This document shows positions 20,880-31,026 of a stretch of DNA of 64,000 nt, piece after piece (the stretch's first letter is position 1; each line of letters begins with the position of its first letter). Below the pieces are notes generated by a model. It saw nothing but the letters and a program-made list of their open reading frames with translations, did not search any database and was not told the DNA's origin. Both the position numbers and the translations under genes were made by a program. Source of the DNA: Candidatus Marinacidobacterales bacterium (GTDB taxonomy: Bacteria > Acidobacteriota > Vicinamibacteria > Marinacidobacterales > DATDRI01); the NCBI GenBank assembly GCA_965219415.1, contig CBDCNP010000002.1, forward strand, positions 3,328,001 to 3,392,000, read 5' to 3'.

Positions 20880-21257
20880 ATGAGGCCCGTGTACATCCTG
20901 GCCGCCGAGGCCACAATCCTATTGCACTTGGCCTGGATCCTCTTCGTCATCACTGGGGCCTTTTGGTTACGCCGCCACCCCCGGTTGCAACTCGTCCACC
21001 TGCTCGCGGTCATCTATAGCCTGGCGATCGAAATCTTCCTTTGGATCTGCCCGCTGACTCACCTCGAGCAAGCATTTTGGAGGCGAGCCGGGGCTTCCGC
21101 TTACGAAGGAGCTTTCCTTATCCACTACTTGGAGAAGTTGATCTATTTCCGAGCTCCGCAGTGGCTCCTGGTAAGTTTGGCGATGCTTCTGCTCGCCGCC
21201 ACGGTAGGGCTCTACTTCCGTCCCCTCCCGCCTCGGAGCGCCGAGCGGGCGCGTTAA
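20880..21257 (+). CDS. DUF2784-family small membrane protein
   Basis: LLHLAWILFV...WICPLTHLE...FLIHYLEKLIY. Confidence 0.8.
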   Translation: MRPVYILAAEATILLHLAWILFVITGAFWLRRHPRLQLVHLLAVIYSLAIEIFLWICPLTHLEQAFWRRAGASAYEGAFLIHYLEKLIYFRAPQWLLVSLAMLLLAATVGLYFRPLPPRSAERAR

Positions 21258-22273
21258 ACCTGTTGGGGTGCGAGGCGGTCTTCTTCTTCCGGCAGCCGAC
21301 GGTTCGAATCCGTGAAATAGGCTTCGAACACGTGAGAGACTTCCGGAAGGCTCTTCGAGGCGTAGATGTCCCGCCGCAGGGCGGCACCTCCCGGTAGGCC
21401 CTTCGAGATCCACCCGATGAGGGCCTTCACACGATTCACGACTAACTTGTCCGGCAGATACTCCTCGAGACTCTGGGTGAAAAACATGATCGCCTGTCGG
21501 TAGTCATTCATCGTGGGACGAGACGATTCCCTACCGCCGAGCTCGTCGCTCACTTGGCGAAACACCCAAGGGTTCTCGAGGGCGCCGCGGCCGATCATGA
21601 TGGCGTCCACACCGGTCTCGGCGACCATCGCTCGGGCATCCTTCGCGGATCGCACGTCTCCATTCCCGATGACCGGAATCGTTACCGCTTCCTTGACGTC
21701 TCGAATGACTTGCCAAACGGCCTTCCCGCGGTGTCGTTCACTGCGACAACGCGGGTGCACGGTGATGGCAGCGGCGCCGGCGTCTTCGAGCGCGCGGGCC
21801 ACCTCTCGGGCGTTGATGGAATCGTAGTCCCAGCCAGAACGGATCTTGGCGGTCACCGGGATAGTTGCCGATTTCACCATTTGAGAAATGAGCTGGCTCG
21901 CTCGCTTCACATCGCGCATGAGGGCCGCTCCCGCGCCGACCCGCGTCACTTTGGGAACCGGGCACCCCATGTTGACGTCGACCAGATCGGCACCAAACTC
22001 GTCGACCATATTGGCGGCGGCGGCGAGTCGCTCGGGATCGGTTCCGAACACTTGGACGCCTACCGGTCGCTCTTGGTGAGTCACGGCGGCGATCTCTCTC
22101 GAAGCCTGGCTACCCCGCGTCAACCCCTCGGAGCTAACCATCTCGGTCACCACCAGACCACAGCCGCCGAGCCGTCTCACCAAGCTGCGGAAGGCTCGAT
22201 CGGTATGCCCGGCAAGTGGAGCGAGTACCAAGGGCGGATTCACCTCGAGAGTATCGATGACCAGGGGCTTCAT
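21254..22273 (-). CDS. dusB: tRNA-dihydrouridine synthase
   Basis: LAPLAG, TEMVS, NMGCP, KIRSGW, NGDV, MIGRG. Confidence 0.9.
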   Translation of the reverse strand: MKPLVIDTLEVNPPLVLAPLAGHTDRAFRSLVRRLGGCGLVVTEMVSSEGLTRGSQASREIAAVTHQERPVGVQVFGTDPERLAAAANMVDEFGADLVDVNMGCPVPKVTRVGAGAALMRDVKRASQLISQMVKSATIPVTAKIRSGWDYDSINAREVARALEDAGAAAITVHPRCRSERHRGKAVWQVIRDVKEAVTIPVIGNGDVRSAKDARAMVAETGVDAIMIGRGALENPWVFRQVSDELGGRESSRPTMNDYRQAIMFFTQSLEEYLPDKLVVNRVKALIGWISKGLPGGAALRRDIYASKSLPEVSHVFEAYFTDSNRRLPEEEDRLAPQQV

Positions 22274-22275
22274 AT

Positions 22276-22542
22276 CTACAATTCCTCGACCCGACTCTCT
22301 TCTACGATCCGGTACAGCTTGCGGGCTTCCGCCGCAGAGGGAGCCCTTTCAGGAATCTGCTCGACCTCGATCGTAAACCGCCGGTTCCAAAGCCTCAAAC
22401 CGAGCCGGTCTCCGGGCGCGACTTCCTTGCCCGCCCTCGCCGGCCTCCCGTTGAGAGTTACTGCTCCCTCTTCACAAAGCTCCTTGGCAAGCGTTCGACG
22501 CTTCACCAGTCGCGATTGCCTGAGGAAGTTATCTACTCGCAA
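22276..22542 (-). CDS. S4-domain RNA-binding protein (RqcP/YabO or Hsp15-like)
   Basis: MRVDNFLRQSRLVKRRTLAKELC; short, with no Hsp15-type C-terminal tail. Confidence 0.85.
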   Translation of the reverse strand: MRVDNFLRQSRLVKRRTLAKELCEEGAVTLNGRPARAGKEVAPGDRLGLRLWNRRFTIEVEQIPERAPSAAEARKLYRIVEESRVEEL

Positions 22543-22580
22543 TCACCGAATCCACCAATTACTGGGGCAAATATTGGCCC

Positions 22581-23606
22581 TTACCGGCCGGGAGTCTCAC
22601 CTGCACCTTGTGCTTCCGTACCAGGCTCACCGGGCGTAGCGGTGCCCTTGGGTTTAGGGTCGAGCTGGATCACGATGATGGCCTGCTCGCGGAGCGTGGT
22701 GATGTATTTCTTGCTTTGTTCTTGAACCTTTTCTTGATAGATGGAGTCGGCGATCGTTTTGCGCACGTCTTCGACCGGCAGGGTCTGCTCCTCTGTCTTT
22801 TCCTCCACCTTCACGATGTAGAACGCAGACCCCATGCGGAGCACTTCACTCATCTCACCCGGGGCGAGGTTGAAGGCCACCTCGTTCAGCGGCTCGGCGA
22901 GCTCACCCTTTTCGAAGAAACCCAGATCGCCGCCCGCGTCACGCGTTGAAGAGTCTGAATGAAGTCGAGCCACTTCGGCAAAGCTCGCTCCTTGCACGAG
23001 ATCTTCATGGAGGCGCTTCGCCTTGTCGACGGCCTCGAACTCGCTGCTCGCATCGAACCGTACGACGACCTCACGAAGCCGAACCTTCGACGGCTCGGTG
23101 TATTCGGCGATGTGCTCCTGATAGTACTTTTCGATCTCCGGCTCGTTTACAGAAACCTTGTTGTCCACCTCGATGCGGCGGATCTCCTGAATGAGAAGGC
23201 CCCGTTCCCACTGTTTCTTGAACTGGCTCATGTTCATTCCTTGAAGTTCCATTTGGCGGACCAGTTCCGATTCGGACTCGAGGTTCATTTCCTCCATGAC
23301 GTTGGCCTTCCACTCTTCGAAATAGCGTGGTGGCACCTCGAGGCCTCTTTCGGTAGCGAGCTGTAGGACGAGCATGTTGTCGATCATGCTCTGCAGGATT
23401 TCGGGACGCAGCTCTGCCATTCGGGTTCGCTCCTCCTCTGGGCTCGGCGCCGGTCCCATCTGTTCGAGGACACTTTGGATCTCACGATCGAGTTGGGTCT
23501 TGGTGATGATCTTGCCGTTCACTTTGGCCACAACACGTTCTACTAATTCGGGTTGAGACGCGCCGAGCGTTCCGGCCAACGCGATTGCTATGATTGTGTG
23601 TGTCAT
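22581..23606 (-). CDS. SurA-like parvulin peptidyl-prolyl isomerase
   Basis: Signal peptide, VAKVNGKIIT, FAEVARLHS...GGDLGFF. Confidence 0.88.
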   Translation of the reverse strand: MTHTIIAIALAGTLGASQPELVERVVAKVNGKIITKTQLDREIQSVLEQMGPAPSPEEERTRMAELRPEILQSMIDNMLVLQLATERGLEVPPRYFEEWKANVMEEMNLESESELVRQMELQGMNMSQFKKQWERGLLIQEIRRIEVDNKVSVNEPEIEKYYQEHIAEYTEPSKVRLREVVVRFDASSEFEAVDKAKRLHEDLVQGASFAEVARLHSDSSTRDAGGDLGFFEKGELAEPLNEVAFNLAPGEMSEVLRMGSAFYIVKVEEKTEEQTLPVEDVRKTIADSIYQEKVQEQSKKYITTLREQAIIVIQLDPKPKGTATPGEPGTEAQGAGETPGR

Positions 23607-23653
23607 GATTTTTCTGGCCTCTTGATGACTGTTCACTGATTGCTGATAACTGG

Positions 23654-24628
23654 TCACTGTTTGCTTGCCGACGCGTCGCCGCGCGGCCGGATGTCATACC
23701 CATTGCGATTCATAAACGGGAAATCCAACTGCTCCGTGTCGATCCAGACCGGATAATGTTTCTCTAGGTCTTCGACAAAAAGTGCTAAGGCCTCGTCGCT
23801 CTTTTGGCGCAGTAGCTCAACCCGGATAGCCTCTTTTACCTCTTTCAGCGGCAAGTCGCGTGCCGGAAACGTTTGATCGACGCGGAAAATGTGAAACCCG
23901 AAGTCTGTCTTAACGACCGGAGTCAGCGTTCCTTTCTTGATTCCGAACACTTCTCTCTCGAAAGATCCGGGCAGCTCGCCACGGCGAAACGCGCCGAGGC
24001 GACCTCCGTTAGCGGCCTCGGGCCCTACCGAATACGCTCGGGCCAGCTCTTCGAAGCGAGATTTGTCAGTGGTCAAGTCGTGGCGCAGCCGATTCGCCTC
24101 CTCTTCTTCCTCAACCAGAAGCTGGGAAATCGCAACCGCCTCGGGGCGCTTGTAAAAGATACGGTTCGCCTCATAGTAGGCAGCGATCTCTTCTTCGGTA
24201 ACCTCAACGTCTCTCAAGATTTTAGCATCCATGAGCTTCTTGAGCGTCAGGTGGGCAGTCAGGTCACGAGAACTACCACCCACCGGTTCCTCTGACTCGG
24301 CCGGTCGAACTGGCTCCGGCCTTTCTAAGCCCGGCACCAACTGGGCGCGGAGCGCTTCGACCTCCCCGGGAGCCACTTCGATCCCCTCATCCTTGGCGGC
24401 TCGCAGCAAGAGCAACTCCTCGATGAGCTGTTCCAACAAGGCCGATTTCAGCTCGCCTCCGACAAGGGGAACGTCTTCCTCGCTAACCGCTCGGACGTAA
24501 GCTTCGAACTCGGACCGGGGCAGGACGTCGCTACCAACCTCTGCGATCATCGGATCCGCCGGGGGTTCTGAGCAACCCAATAGCGGCACAACAAACCCCA
24601 AAAATGTGGCCGCTTCCAGCCACCTCAC
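23654..24628 (-). CDS. Parvulin/PrsA-like PPIase lipoprotein
   Basis: Lipobox LLGC; FEELARAYS...GGRLG, TDFGFHI. Confidence 0.85.
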   Translation of the reverse strand: MRWLEAATFLGFVVPLLGCSEPPADPMIAEVGSDVLPRSEFEAYVRAVSEEDVPLVGGELKSALLEQLIEELLLLRAAKDEGIEVAPGEVEALRAQLVPGLERPEPVRPAESEEPVGGSSRDLTAHLTLKKLMDAKILRDVEVTEEEIAAYYEANRIFYKRPEAVAISQLLVEEEEEANRLRHDLTTDKSRFEELARAYSVGPEAANGGRLGAFRRGELPGSFEREVFGIKKGTLTPVVKTDFGFHIFRVDQTFPARDLPLKEVKEAIRVELLRQKSDEALALFVEDLEKHYPVWIDTEQLDFPFMNRNGYDIRPRGDASASKQ

Positions 24629-27600
24629 GTCCTGGCCTCCTTCTCCCGCAGGCTAGCTCCTTCCATCTTAGGGTAGGGAGAGAGTTCGAGCAAAACTTCC
24701 CTCACTCGAAGGAGAATGTCGACAGCCCCGGTTCGAGTAAGGGGTAGCTTGAGGACACCCCCCGGCGTCATCCGCGCCCCCTCGAGATCCCCTGCGAGCT
24801 TGACCAAGTTCATTGGGTCCACAGGAGACGCGGGGTCGAATCGAAAGGCCAGCAGGTCGCCCTCGCGTTCGATCGCCACCACCCGCAAACGCTCCGCCAA
24901 GAGTCTGAGGCGAGCGTACTCGAATAGTCTTCCGAGCGAGTCCGGAATCGCTCCGTAACGATCTCCGATCTCCGAGGCCAACGCTTCGATGGTATCGGAG
25001 TCGCTGGCCGTGGAGACACGCTTGTAAACCGACATGCGTTGATTGATATCGGCAATAAACGACTCGGGGATCTTCAGATCTACCTTGAGGTTCAAGGAGG
25101 ATCGAGCCAGCTCCGCCTCTTCCCCGGACACCTCCTGAATCGTCTGCTCCAAGAGCTTGCAGTAGAGATCGAAGCCCACCGCATCGATGTGCCCGTGTTG
25201 TTCTCCGCCGAGTAAGTTCCCCGCCCCTCGCAACTCCAGATCCAGCGCCGCGATGCGAAAACCGGCGCCGAGATCGCTAAACTCGCGGATCGCGGCGAGC
25301 CGGCGCCGCGCAATGGGGGTCAAAGCGCTCTCATCGGGAACGAGGAAATAGGCATAGGCTCGCCGGTTGGAGCGGCCGACGCGGCCGCGGAGCTGATAGA
25401 GCTGGGAGAGGCCGAAGCGGTCGGCACGATTGACGATCAGGGTGTTGACAAGCGGTATGTCCAGACCGTTCTCGATGATGGTCGTGCTGACCAGCACATC
25501 GAACTCCTGCTGGATGAATCGAAGCATGGTCCGCTCGAGATCGGCCTCTTTCATTTGGCCGTGGCCGACTCCGATTCGAGCCTCCGGCACGAGCCGCTGC
25601 AGAAAAGATGCCATCGAATAGATCGAACTCACCCGATTGTGAACGAAGTAAACCTGACCGCCTCGTCCCAGCTCGTAGCGCAGAGCCTCAGCCAAGATTT
25701 TGGAGTCCAAGCGCGTGATGTAGGTCTGAATCGCCATCCGATCCTTCGGCGGTGTCTCGATAACGGAAAGATCGCGGATTCCAGAGAGCGACATGTGGAG
25801 CGTGCGCGGGATGGGAGTGGCGGTCATCGCCACGCAGTCCACTTGCTTGCGAAGCTGCTTCAACCTTTCTTTGTGCCCGACGCCGAAACGCTGCTCTTCG
25901 TCCACCACGAGAAGGCCCAAGTCCTTGGGTTGAACGTCCTTCGAAAGGAGACGGTGCGTTCCGATCACCACGTCAATGGCACCGGCGGCGAACTCCTTGA
26001 CGATTTCTTTCTGCTCCTTCGGCGTGCGAAACCTAGAAAGCATCTCGATTCGAACCGGAAAAGCGCTGAAGCGTGACCGGAAGGTATGAAGATGTTGAAA
26101 CGCTAGAACGGTGGTGGGGACGAGAACCGCCACCTGTTTTCCATCCATCACCGTCTTGAAAGCGGCGCGCATCGCGACCTCAGTCTTCCCATAGCCCACA
26201 TCGCCACAGAGGAGCCGATCCATAGGGAAGGGTGCCTCCATGTCACGCTTGACCTCTTCGATGGCCTGCGCCTGATCGACTGTCTCCTGATACTCGAACT
26301 GATCCTCGAGCTCGCGCTGCCAATGAGTATCGGGGGCGAACGAGTGGCCGGGTATGGCCTTGCGTGCGGCGTACAGCTTCAGGAGCTCCTGCGCCATGTC
26401 CCGCGTCGATTTCTTCACCCGGCTCTTGACCCGCTCCCACCCCGTACCGCCCAGCTTTTCGATACGCGGTTTCTGGGCCTCGGCGCTCGAGTACTTCTCG
26501 AGCAGGTCGAGCTTCTCTACCGGAACGTAGAGCTTGTCCCCTCCCAGGTACTCGAGAATGACGAACTCGCCGCTCCCCGACTGAGGCCCTATTTGACGAA
26601 GGCCGGTGAAGACACCGATCCCGTGATCGGCATGGACGACGTAGTCACCGACCTTCAAGTCCCTAAAGTCGGAAAGAAAACGACCGAGCTTGCGCGAACG
26701 CCTGCGCTCCGGCCGTGGAGGCTCTTCGAAGACGTCTCTCCCCGCAAACACCGCCTGACGGAGCGAAGGAAGGAGGAAACCGTGCGAGAGATTACCGATG
26801 TGAAGCACCACCGTCCCGGAAGCTTGCGATTCTTCGGAGGCCATCGCGGCAGAGATTTTCGCTTCTTCTAGAATCTCGATCAGCCGCTCCGCCAGCCCCC
26901 GGTTCCCGACAAAGACATGAATGTGACGGTCGTTGTCGAGCTGCTGCCGGATCTCGGCGAGGAAATCCTTGACCCTTCCCCGGAAGGAGGGAAGCAACTG
27001 GCTCGGCAGGTGAAGGGAGCCAGCACTGCCTGCGGACTCATCCATGACGTCCATCTCTTGGATGGTCACCGAACGGTTGCCGAAGTGGCGGGACAGATCC
27101 TCGGGAGTCAGGAGAAGCTCCGCCGGCTCTGGATAGGCGGTCTCGCCGTTGGCCGCGAGTTCTTCGTAGCTCTCGAGGACGCGCTCCCATTCTGACGCCA
27201 CTTGCCGGGTGATCTCAGCCGGCTCTTCGACGAGGAGCGTACCGTCCTGCAGATAGTCAAAAAGGGTCGCGCGATACTCTGCAAGGTGGGAAAGAACGAA
27301 GGAAGTTCCGGGGGGAAAGCCTTCTCCGTCGAGCCTTGCCTTCAACTCGGGGTCGTCACCGGACATCTCCAGCAGGCGGTCGATGAGGCGTTGACGCTCG
27401 CTTTCTCCGAAGATCCACTCTCGAGCCGGGTAGATGTCAGCCGATTCGAGCGAGCCGGTGGTACGCTGGCTCTCGGGGTCAAAACTCCGGATTTCTTCCA
27501 GGGTGTCACCCATGAACTCGAGTCTCAGCGGTTCGGTGCGCGAGGGCGGATAGATGTCCAGAATCCCTCCCCGTCGCGCAAAATCACCGGGGCTGACAAC

Positions 27601-28119
27601 GGGGTCCTCGTGCAGATAGCCGGAGTCGACGAGCGTGCGTTCAATGTCACTGGGCTCAATGATCTGCCCACTGCGAAGCGAAAGTATCCCCTTCGCAAAA
27701 ATCTGAGGAGACGCGGTTCGAAAGAGGAGTGCTGCAGCCGGTGCGATGAATAGCGCCGGTGTCTTTTGCAGCAAAGCTGCCAGCGCTCGCGCGCGTGCTG
27801 CGGTGATGTCGAAGTGCGGAGAGAGCCCGCGGTAAGGGTCAACCTCCAACGCGGGAAAAGGGAATATCTCTCGTTCGATTCCCATCGACGCGAGAAAAGC
27901 CGCCACGTCGGAGGAGACTTCCGCGACCCGCCTCTCGTGCGAAACAACGAGGAGGACCGGGCCTTGCTCTGAGGCGGCCAGAGTGGCTTCGACCAACGAG
28001 CGAGCCGGCCCCATGAGCCCGCTGACTCGTCGGCTGCCCCCTGAAGTCGCGAGGCCGGAGCGAATCTCGGCAAGCCCCACGTCCTCCAGAACGCGCGCCA
28101 GCTCGTGAGTCTCCAACAC
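24625..28119 (-). CDS. mfd: Transcription-repair coupling factor
   Basis: RRGGILDI, CarD/RID domain, CGDVGYGKT, DEEQRFG, TATPIPRT, QLRGRVGR and TRCF C-terminus; intact 1164 aa. Confidence 0.97.
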   Translation of the reverse strand: MLETHELARVLEDVGLAEIRSGLATSGGSRRVSGLMGPARSLVEATLAASEQGPVLLVVSHERRVAEVSSDVAAFLASMGIEREIFPFPALEVDPYRGLSPHFDITAARARALAALLQKTPALFIAPAAALLFRTASPQIFAKGILSLRSGQIIEPSDIERTLVDSGYLHEDPVVSPGDFARRGGILDIYPPSRTEPLRLEFMGDTLEEIRSFDPESQRTTGSLESADIYPAREWIFGESERQRLIDRLLEMSGDDPELKARLDGEGFPPGTSFVLSHLAEYRATLFDYLQDGTLLVEEPAEITRQVASEWERVLESYEELAANGETAYPEPAELLLTPEDLSRHFGNRSVTIQEMDVMDESAGSAGSLHLPSQLLPSFRGRVKDFLAEIRQQLDNDRHIHVFVGNRGLAERLIEILEEAKISAAMASEESQASGTVVLHIGNLSHGFLLPSLRQAVFAGRDVFEEPPRPERRRSRKLGRFLSDFRDLKVGDYVVHADHGIGVFTGLRQIGPQSGSGEFVILEYLGGDKLYVPVEKLDLLEKYSSAEAQKPRIEKLGGTGWERVKSRVKKSTRDMAQELLKLYAARKAIPGHSFAPDTHWQRELEDQFEYQETVDQAQAIEEVKRDMEAPFPMDRLLCGDVGYGKTEVAMRAAFKTVMDGKQVAVLVPTTVLAFQHLHTFRSRFSAFPVRIEMLSRFRTPKEQKEIVKEFAAGAIDVVIGTHRLLSKDVQPKDLGLLVVDEEQRFGVGHKERLKQLRKQVDCVAMTATPIPRTLHMSLSGIRDLSVIETPPKDRMAIQTYITRLDSKILAEALRYELGRGGQVYFVHNRVSSIYSMASFLQRLVPEARIGVGHGQMKEADLERTMLRFIQQEFDVLVSTTIIENGLDIPLVNTLIVNRADRFGLSQLYQLRGRVGRSNRRAYAYFLVPDESALTPIARRRLAAIREFSDLGAGFRIAALDLELRGAGNLLGGEQHGHIDAVGFDLYCKLLEQTIQEVSGEEAELARSSLNLKVDLKIPESFIADINQRMSVYKRVSTASDSDTIEALASEIGDRYGAIPDSLGRLFEYARLRLLAERLRVVAIEREGDLLAFRFDPASPVDPMNLVKLAGDLEGARMTPGGVLKLPLTRTGAVDILLRVREVLLELSPYPKMEGASLREKEART

Positions 28120-28124
28120 CGACC

Positions 28125-28625
28125 TTACCCGCCGTCTTCACGTTTGTTCTGGCCTCTGACGACCACGTCAATGAGACTGGAGGTGGAATAACCAGGAGAA
28201 AAAGGGAGCGATAAAACGCGCCCTCCGTAGGCTTCGACCGTGTCCCGGCCGACGATCTGATCGGTCGACCAGTCTCCCCCCTTTACCAGAACGTCCGGCA
28301 TCAGCTCCTGAATCACTCGCGCCGGTGTCTCTTCATCGAACGCTACGACGTAATCCACCGCCGCGAGGGCCGCCAAGATTTCCATCCGTTCCGCGAGGGG
28401 AAGGACCGGTCGTCCCTCCCCTTTCAGCGCGGCGACGGTACGATCCGCGTTGACCACCACAACGAGTCGATCTCCTTGCGCCCGCGCCTCCGCCAGGTAG
28501 CGAACGTGTCCCGGGTGAAGCAGGTCGAAACAACCGTTGGTAAAGACGAGGCGGATGCCGGCGGCGCGGAGCCGTTCGCGCTCTTTTCTCATGGCCTCGG
28601 AGTCGAGGAGCTTCGCGTCACTCAT
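28125..28625 (-). CDS. rfaE2: D-glycero-beta-D-manno-heptose 1-phosphate adenylyltransferase
   Basis: FTNGCFDLLHPGH, VLVKGGDW, YSTSSLI; ATG at 28625 overlaps the wzt stop. Confidence 0.9.
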   Translation of the reverse strand: MSDAKLLDSEAMRKERERLRAAGIRLVFTNGCFDLLHPGHVRYLAEARAQGDRLVVVVNADRTVAALKGEGRPVLPLAERMEILAALAAVDYVVAFDEETPARVIQELMPDVLVKGGDWSTDQIVGRDTVEAYGGRVLSLPFSPGYSTSSLIDVVVRGQNKREDGG

Positions 28626-29935
28626 TCTTCTTCGGGCAGCTTCATGACGATATTGGAAGAAAACTCCCAACGGTGAATGGGCCGATAGATTCCAGTATCC
28701 TTGATTCGCGAGTTGACGCGGAACGTATGGAGGGCGCGGTGGTAATCGAAGGGATAACCATCTCGCTGATGAGCGGCCACGTCCAAGAAGTAGGTCCCTT
28801 CCACGAGATCCAATCGACCGAGGATAAGGCTCACCTCGCCTTCCCCTGAAAGCGAGACCGGCGCGAACTCCTCGATTTGGGTATTGGTTCCATAGCAGCA
28901 AATACCATCGGCGTTGAAGATCCCGACCCCGAACACGAAATCCTTGATGGTTCCGCTGCTCCTTATTTTCAACCGGATGCTCACCGGCTCTCCGGTGTCG
29001 AAGACGTGACGGGGCTGACCGTCTCCTCCGATCAAGGCGGCTTCGCTGATCTCCACCTCTCGAGAGCCCCAACGGCCTTTTTCCCGCGTGGAAGACTCTT
29101 CTTTCTCGGAATCCACCGACTCCTGCTGCGGCTCGGCAAACTCGGCTACGGCTTGTTCCTCCGCAGCCGCCAGTGCACCCTCTTCGAACGACGTGACCTG
29201 TGCCAAGTACGCATCCACCACTTTCTTTGGATCGCCGCGCACCTGGATCTTTCCTCCGTCCAGCCATAACGCCTCGTCGGCGAGCTTCTCCACCAGCCCG
29301 AGGCTATGCGTTACCAGCAAAATCGTCTTCCCCCTCCGGCGGAACTCGCTAATTTTGTCGAGGCATTTGTGTACGAATGCTTGGTCCCCCACCGCAAGCA
29401 CTTCGTCGATGATGAGCACGTCGGGGTTCACGTGGATGGCTACAGCGAAGCCGAGCCTCATATACATGCCGGAGGAGTAGGTCTTGACGGGAGCGTCGAT
29501 GAACTCCTCGAGCTCGGCGAACGCCACGATCTCCGAGAAACACTCGGTAATCTCACGCTTGCTGAGTCCGAGCATGATCCCGTTGATGAAAACATTCTCC
29601 CGCCCTGTTATTTCGGGGTGGAAGCCCGCCCCCAACTCGATGAGCGCCGAGATTCGCCCCTTGACCTCCACCTCTCCAGAAGTAGGTTTGGTGATGCCGG
29701 CGAGGACTTTGAGTAGGGAGCTCTTCCCAGATCCGTTTCGCCCGATGATGGCAAACGTCGAGCCCTCCCATACGTTGAAGGTCACGTCGGACAGGGCGGA
29801 AAAGGTCTCCTCCGGTTTGAGGTCATCGATCAAGCTGCCCGTGAGTAAAGCGCTCTTTAGCGTGCGGAACTGCTTGCGGTGTGCATAGCGCTGATAGACC
29901 TTCGACAGATCGGAAACGCGAACCGCTATGCCCAC
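28622..29935 (-). CDS. wzt: Polysaccharide ABC transporter ATP-binding subunit with Wzt_C domain
   Basis: GRNGSGKS, YSSGMYMRLGF, DEVLAVGD; C-terminal carbohydrate-binding-like domain; GTG start 29935. Confidence 0.9.
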   Translation of the reverse strand: MGIAVRVSDLSKVYQRYAHRKQFRTLKSALLTGSLIDDLKPEETFSALSDVTFNVWEGSTFAIIGRNGSGKSSLLKVLAGITKPTSGEVEVKGRISALIELGAGFHPEITGRENVFINGIMLGLSKREITECFSEIVAFAELEEFIDAPVKTYSSGMYMRLGFAVAIHVNPDVLIIDEVLAVGDQAFVHKCLDKISEFRRRGKTILLVTHSLGLVEKLADEALWLDGGKIQVRGDPKKVVDAYLAQVTSFEEGALAAAEEQAVAEFAEPQQESVDSEKEESSTREKGRWGSREVEISEAALIGGDGQPRHVFDTGEPVSIRLKIRSSGTIKDFVFGVGIFNADGICCYGTNTQIEEFAPVSLSGEGEVSLILGRLDLVEGTYFLDVAAHQRDGYPFDYHRALHTFRVNSRIKDTGIYRPIHRWEFSSNIVMKLPEEE

Positions 29936-29939
29936 TTCG

Positions 29940-30719
29940 TCATACCTCCTCGGCGTAAGTGTCCCGCAAGCGATCAAAAAAGGCGTAACCAACCAAGAAG
30001 GCTACCACCGACCCCACCGACACCGCCAAGAGCCAAGGCCAATGCCCCAGGCTTCCGGTAAAGAGGGTCTGGTGATAGCCCACGAGAATGTGGGTCATCG
30101 GGTTGTAATTCAGCCAGCGCTGGATGTTGGGAGAGATATCCAAGTACGGGTAGATGACCGGGCTCGAAAAAAACCACAACATCATCAGATTCGCCATGAT
30201 GTTTTGAACGTCTCTAAAGTGAACCGATAGCGCCGAGAAGAAAAGAGATACCCCAAGAGTGAAGACGAGCTGGATAAGAATCACGGCTGGCAGGAACACC
30301 AACGCCACATGGATCTTTCCGAAGTAGATTAGGAACGCGAACAGGATCGGAAGCCCGAGAAAGAAATGAACCAGGTTCGAGAGCACTACCACGAACACCA
30401 GCACTTCGGCGGGGAAGAGGATCTTCTTGATGAGATTTCCGCTGGTAATGAGAACGTTTGAAGACTCCAGAACCGAGGAGCTGAACCACGTCCAGGGGAG
30501 AATGCCTGTAAAGAGAAATAGAGGATAGGGTTCGACCTGGAAGCGACCGGGCAGCACGTAAGCGAAGACGAATGTATAAATGAGCAGCTGAAGAAGTGGG
30601 TTGATGAATGACCAGAAAAAGCCCAGAACCGACCCGCGATAGCGGGCCTTGAGCTCGCGCACCACGAGGCTATGAATGAGCACGCGGTAGCGGACGAGGT
30701 TTCGTAAGTTCTTGAGCAT
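29940..30719 (-). CDS. wzm: Polysaccharide ABC transporter permease
   Basis: RELKARYRGSVLGFFWSFINPL, LIKKILFP, FRDV, NPM. Confidence 0.9.
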   Translation of the reverse strand: MLKNLRNLVRYRVLIHSLVVRELKARYRGSVLGFFWSFINPLLQLLIYTFVFAYVLPGRFQVEPYPLFLFTGILPWTWFSSSVLESSNVLITSGNLIKKILFPAEVLVFVVVLSNLVHFFLGLPILFAFLIYFGKIHVALVFLPAVILIQLVFTLGVSLFFSALSVHFRDVQNIMANLMMLWFFSSPVIYPYLDISPNIQRWLNYNPMTHILVGYHQTLFTGSLGHWPWLLAVSVGSVVAFLVGYAFFDRLRDTYAEEV

Positions 30720-30790
30720 GACCTAGTGCTCGACCTGGCTTAATTCCTCCCCGCCTCCGCCCGGGAAGTCACTAACGGCTTCGTCGGGTC

Positions 30791-30814
30791 CCGCCGTAGC
30801 CTTGGCGAAGGCGG
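30791..30814. repeat. REP-like short palindrome
   Basis: CCGCCGTAGCCTTGGCGAAGGCGG hairpin in a divergent intergenic region. Confidence 0.55.
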
Positions 30815-31026
30815 ACCGGCCGGCGGCCCTGACGGGACGCAACCTGATAGCCTTGGGGCAAGTTGCGATTTGTAGCATCCCAGCAACTCCTTGTCAAACC
30901 AGCAACTTAGAGCAAGATGGTGTGCGGAGGTTCGGACGGAAGCGCCGTGCCTTGACCTGTGCTCGGGAAGGCGCTATATCCGACGACAATGCATCCTAGT
31001 GTGAATGATCAGGGAGGTCCCAACTC

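Noticed and set aside
28626-29267. Long N-terminal extension of rfaE2 (380-aa ORF)
   Set aside because: It overlaps wzt in another frame; the real start is ATG 28625
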